DNA of 47,052 nucleotides from a virus (Duplodnaviria > Caudoviricetes). Numbering within the stretch: the first letter of the stretch is position 1; each line of letters opens with the position of its first letter. This document shows, piece by piece, positions 43,668 through 47,052 of the stretch. A model generated the notes under the pieces. The model was not told the DNA's origin. It searched no databases and was given only the letters and a program-made list of their open reading frames with translations. The DNA lies in the IMG/VR virus record IMGVR_UViG_3300032312_000611, positions 1-47,052 of that record. The stretch is one strand, 5' to 3'. The translations under genes and the position numbers were made by a program.

Positions 43668-43850
43668 TCAGTCTTTCGACGAAGCCATCCGACCTTTTAA
43701 TAATGCTTCAGCCATTAACCTAAGTCTTAAATCTTCTTCTTGACGTTGAGGTTTTGACATATTGTGATATCTTTTATCAGACATACGTTTTTTGTTTTTA
43801 ATGTATCGTTTAGATTTACGTTTAGAAATAGCAGAGTTGCTTTTTTTCAT
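43668..43850 (-). CDS. Small basic protein
   Basis: 60 aa, K/R-rich; ATGA overlap with the Gpx gene. Confidence 0.55.
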   Translation of the reverse strand: MKKSNSAISKRKSKRYIKNKKRMSDKRYHNMSKPQRQEEDLRLRLMAEALLKGRMASSKD

Positions 43851-44281
43851 AACTTAATATCCGATATTTGATAAGAACTAGGATAATGAGTAATTGATCC
43901 ATCAACAGAAACTAAAAATTTTTCAAAATTCCATCCAATGTCTTTACCACCAGTAGCCTTTTCCTTACAGTATTTGTAAATTGGATGAGCATTTGGGCCA
44001 TTAACTTCAATCTTTTTTGAAATAGGAAAACTAATTGAGTAGTTAGTTGAACAAAACCCTTTTATATCTTCATCTGTTCCTGGTTCTTGATTTCCAAATT
44101 GATTACAAGGAAACCCAATAACAAAAATATTATCATTTTGTATTTTTTGTAAGTCAGCGTACTGTGATGTATATCCACAATAACTTGCAGTATTAACAAT
44201 TAATAGATTTTTACCTTTAAAATCTGTTAAATTTATTGTATTACCAGAATTATCAATAAACGATAAATCATAAATGCTCAT
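43847..44281 (-). CDS. Glutathione-peroxidase-family protein (Cys type, BtuE-like)
   Basis: NTASYCGYT, GFPCNQFGNQEPG, WNFEKFLV. Confidence 0.92.
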   Translation of the reverse strand: MSIYDLSFIDNSGNTINLTDFKGKNLLIVNTASYCGYTSQYADLQKIQNDNIFVIGFPCNQFGNQEPGTDEDIKGFCSTNYSISFPISKKIEVNGPNAHPIYKYCKEKATGGKDIGWNFEKFLVSVDGSITHYPSSYQISDIKL

Positions 44282-44308
44282 AAGCCTTACCCCCGATTAA
44301 ATATATAT

Positions 44309-45100
44309 TTAAGAATTAATTAAAGAATTAACTGGATTAATAATTGATTTTTCGCCAGCCATAAGTCTTTCAATATGGTCACGAATAACTGCATTTTCTT
44401 CATTAAAGATGTATTCAGATCTATCAGGACCCATTTTTGCAGGATGTCCAATTGCTGCAAGATCTTCTTTAAGAGTACGTTCTACATCCCAGTTTAGGGT
44501 TGTAGCAGGATAGTGCTTAACTACGTAGCCATCTTTGTCAATTAAATATTTTTCAAAGTTAGCATTCATAAAAAACCCACCATCATGTTCATTTAAATAT
44601 CTTGATTCGTAATTTGTTTTTTCTACTATTCCAAGTTCTCTTTTTTTATTTGCTAATGCATAAATTTGCTCAGAAATTTCTAAATAAAGTTCGTGTCTAT
44701 CTCCAAATGGTTGACCATTTCCATTAAGTCCTGGACCTTTGCCAAGCCATGGTGCTTCTAATGGAATTTCTGCGGGATTAGATACAATCATTTCTGAGAA
44801 CGGGAATGTAACGCCATAAACGTCTTCTCCGTACAACTTAGAGTCCATACCACATGTAATACCCTTTGACCATTTACCCTTTGTAATGCTTGGACCACAA
44901 AAGTCATTAGTAGGAATTGCTACAACAGTAAAGTTTTCTCCAGCCATGTCTTCTTGAATCCATTGAATAGATTCCATTTGACCAGCATTGCCACAACCAA
45001 CTGTTGTGTTAATAAGCATAATTGCTTTACCTTTAAATTGTTCAAGGAAGTTTGGGGTGCCCTCAGCAGAATCTAACTTAATATCATATATAGATTTCAT
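44309..45100 (-). CDS. Divergent Gpx-fold protein with insertions (leaderless)
   Basis: NTTVGCGNAGQ, AIPTNDFCG, ANFEKYLIDKDG; TGATATAAT(45115-45107)-N6-ATG. Confidence 0.75.
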   Translation of the reverse strand: MKSIYDIKLDSAEGTPNFLEQFKGKAIMLINTTVGCGNAGQMESIQWIQEDMAGENFTVVAIPTNDFCGPSITKGKWSKGITCGMDSKLYGEDVYGVTFPFSEMIVSNPAEIPLEAPWLGKGPGLNGNGQPFGDRHELYLEISEQIYALANKKRELGIVEKTNYESRYLNEHDGGFFMNANFEKYLIDKDGYVVKHYPATTLNWDVERTLKEDLAAIGHPAKMGPDRSEYIFNEENAVIRDHIERLMAGEKSIINPVNSLINS

Positions 45101-45675
45101 GGTATTATTATATCATTATTTTTATAAAAATTAGTCATAAAATATCTAGTTCCCTTATTGACCAACTTTACCCCATGCTCATATTCTTCTGTTGCCAAGT
45201 GAATAACCATTGAATTTGCAATTGGTTTGTGTTTTATTTTTTTATTTATATAGACAATTTCTCCACCCTCAAAATCATCGTTAAGGTAATAAACTAATCC
45301 CTTTTTTATATTAGAATCGCCTCTTTCATCAACATGTGGCCGCATAGACCAAGTTGAGCCTGGATTAGAGGTTTGTTTGCTAAGTGTACGATGTATGATT
45401 GGTGACAAGTTTATATTTAAATTTGGTTCGGCAGGAATTATAAAATTATTAAACATTTCAATATATATCTGTTTCATTTCTATAACGTTATTTAAACTTT
45501 TTATTGCTATTTCAGGTTTTTCATACTGGGTTGTTTTACCTTTTCCAGTTAAAACATTTGTAGAATTCCAATCATTATCATTTTTTGCAAATTCCTGTAA
45601 AGTTTTTAAATCTTTTTCAGATAAAATATTTTCAATGTAGTATATCTCTGAATCAAGATATTGCTTAACAATCAT
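45097..45675 (-). CDS. 2OG-Fe(II) oxygenase
   Basis: HVD...YYLNDDFEGGEI...HGV...R. Confidence 0.85.
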   Translation of the reverse strand: MIVKQYLDSEIYYIENILSEKDLKTLQEFAKNDNDWNSTNVLTGKGKTTQYEKPEIAIKSLNNVIEMKQIYIEMFNNFIIPAEPNLNINLSPIIHRTLSKQTSNPGSTWSMRPHVDERGDSNIKKGLVYYLNDDFEGGEIVYINKKIKHKPIANSMVIHLATEEYEHGVKLVNKGTRYFMTNFYKNNDIIIP

Positions 45676-45880
45676 CTGCTGTGCTGACTGGTGCTGTTTC
45701 AATATCTATAAATGAGTTTCCATATAAAGTGTGCCTTGAGTTAGGACCAAGAACCTTGTTTACCCTATGAGAGTATTCATCTCCACCAGGAATCACTGCA
45801 AGCATACCAGCCTTTGGTTTTATTTTAATTGGTAAATTTTTAAATTCTAATTCTCCACCCTCAAAATCATCGTTAAGGTA
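45259..45880. repeat. Exact 30-bp direct repeat (45259-45288 and 45851-45880)
   Basis: ttctccaccctcaaaatcatcgttaaggta, encoding YLNDDFEGGE in both oxygenases. Confidence 0.9.
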
Positions 45881-46348
45881 TAGACTAAAAGATGCAGTAA
45901 TGTTGCTTTCTACTCCAGGATCTCTATGCCAATACATTGCAAAGTTAATATCTTTTACAGCAACACCATATTCATTTAAAAATTCTATGTTTGCATTTGA
46001 CTCAATTTCTTCATCTGTCATATATTTAAATGTTTGCAAGGTTGCGTGTCTTTTATATGTTGGAGGTAAAACAGAATCAAGTCTATCCCAAACGCCACCT
46101 GTTTTAGAAAATACTGGCAAATCTATTATTTCTGAATTTGCATTGGGAAACTCTATATTTCCATCTTCATCATATCTTGGCACAGTATTTAAAAACTTAT
46201 TTAAAATATTTTTATAAGGAGATCTCATTGTTGGATACCAACCGTTTAAATCGTCAGTTTGTGACTTAAACCAGTCTAACTCCTCTTTAGTTAAAAAATC
46301 TTCTATAATCCAAACCTTCTGGGCTTCGTCTAGGTATACTTTTTCCAT
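45665..46348 (-). CDS. 2OG-Fe(II) oxygenase (leaderless)
   Basis: HRD...LYLNDDFEGGEL...HRV...R; TGGTATGAT(46363-46355)-N6-ATG. Confidence 0.85.
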   Translation of the reverse strand: MEKVYLDEAQKVWIIEDFLTKEELDWFKSQTDDLNGWYPTMRSPYKNILNKFLNTVPRYDEDGNIEFPNANSEIIDLPVFSKTGGVWDRLDSVLPPTYKRHATLQTFKYMTDEEIESNANIEFLNEYGVAVKDINFAMYWHRDPGVESNITASFSLYLNDDFEGGELEFKNLPIKIKPKAGMLAVIPGGDEYSHRVNKVLGPNSRHTLYGNSFIDIETAPVSTADDC

Positions 46349-46393
46349 GTTTAAATCATACCATATTTTAACTCTAGTAAAGGAAATATTGGA

Positions 46394-46402
46394 TGCTATA
46401 AT
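46394..46402 (+). promoter_or_regulatory. Extended -10 promoter, divergent from 46355-46363
   Basis: TGCTATAAT followed by AGGGG RBS. Confidence 0.6.
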
Positions 46403-46427
46403 ATAAATATAAAAGTAGGGGTATAAA

Positions 46428-47052
46428 ATGATAAACGTAAGTCCTATAGAATTTCCTGGTATTGAAAACGTAATAAACAACTCAGAATACTATAAGGACA
46501 AGTTGATCTCTGACTCTGTTATATGTTTTAGAAATGCCAACTTAACAGAAAAAGAACAATTTGATTTTGCTAAAAGACTTGGTAAAAGTATAGGTTGGTC
46601 ACTACTTAATAGTACTAGCAAATATATAGAAAATCATGTCCGCAAATCTGATATTGTTTCTGGACCAGATGATGTTATAGTTGAATGGCATGTTGAACAT
46701 ACATATTACACAAACCCAATAGTGGCTTCAACTTGGAACATGTATAACTTTAAGACAAATCCAGAAAATGGAAAGACATATTTTGTAGACACTAGTCTTA
46801 TATTTGACATGCTTTCAAATGAAGAGCAAGAGTTCTTAACTAATAGTATTATTACTGAGCCAAAAATTGTAAAAGATTCACAATTAAAGGCGGGATTTAT
46901 AAATGAACATACTAGCCTAGCAGACAACTACCCAATCATTGCTAAACACTGGTTAACGGGTAAGCCAGTAATTAGATTTACAATCTTACCAGCACCTATG
47001 ATAGTAGACTTAGTATCATATAAAAACGAATCCCCAAGCAAAAATGAGTTAA
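46428..47052 (+). CDS. TauD/TfdA-like 2OG dioxygenase (3' partial), not in the ORF track
   Basis: VICFRNANLTEKEQFDFAKRLG, WHVEH, GKTYFVD, YPIIAKHWLTGK; frame stays open to the window end. Confidence 0.8.
   Translation, partial: MINVSPIEFPGIENVINNSEYYKDKLISDSVICFRNANLTEKEQFDFAKRLGKSIGWSLLNSTSKYIENHVRKSDIVSGPDDVIVEWHVEHTYYTNPIVASTWNMYNFKTNPENGKTYFVDTSLIFDMLSNEEQEFLTNSIITEPKIVKDSQLKAGFINEHTSLADNYPIIAKHWLTGKPVIRFTILPAPMIVDLVSYKNESPSKNEL

Noticed and set aside
43847-45100. Selenocysteine in the Gpx genes
   Set aside because: The active-site codons are TGT, and there is no in-frame TGA
45259-45880. The 30-bp repeat as a DGR template/variable pair or an att site
   Set aside because: No adenine-specific mismatches, and no reverse transcriptase or integrase in the window
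1-47052. Stop-codon reassignment
   Set aside because: The standard code gives dense full-length genes, with TAA, TAG and TGA all used as stops

Overview
This window is a segment of a large, AT-rich tailed dsDNA phage, most likely infecting Actinobacteria. Support for that host: a WhiB regulator, many leaderless genes and actinobacterial-style secreted proteins. A freshwater acI/Nanopelagicales-type host is an inference only. Layout from left to right: (1) end of a probable tail module, 1-6.4 kb; (2) replication/recombination block with DnaB, primase, SSB, DnaE, RecA, an Hjc-like resolvase, a Cas4-like nuclease and a RuvC-like nuclease, 6.4-17.9 kb; (3) terminase pair, 18.3-20.6 kb; (4) two secreted Ala/Thr-rich surface-type proteins and a CHAP endolysin cassette, 20.6-25.7 kb; (5) accessory genes including an Ntn hydrolase, an HExxH protease, tRNA-Gly, tRNA-Glu, Hsp20, a 2OG oxygenase, a thermonuclease, thioredoxin, WhiB, two luciferase-like paralogs and a holin-like gene, 25.7-35.8 kb; (6) a seven-gene glycan synthesis locus, 35.8-41.7 kb; (7) a redox/oxygenase island with a DHH-like gene, two Gpx-like genes, two 2OG oxygenases and a TauD-like gene, 41.7-47 kb. 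The most notable non-coding signals are a ROSE-like thermometer before hsp20, a compact H-type pseudoknot after hsp20, an exact 30-bp repeat shared by adjacent diverged 2OG oxygenases, and a palindromic back-to-back promoter driving the glycan locus. All product calls come from motif recognition by eye; no database search was run.
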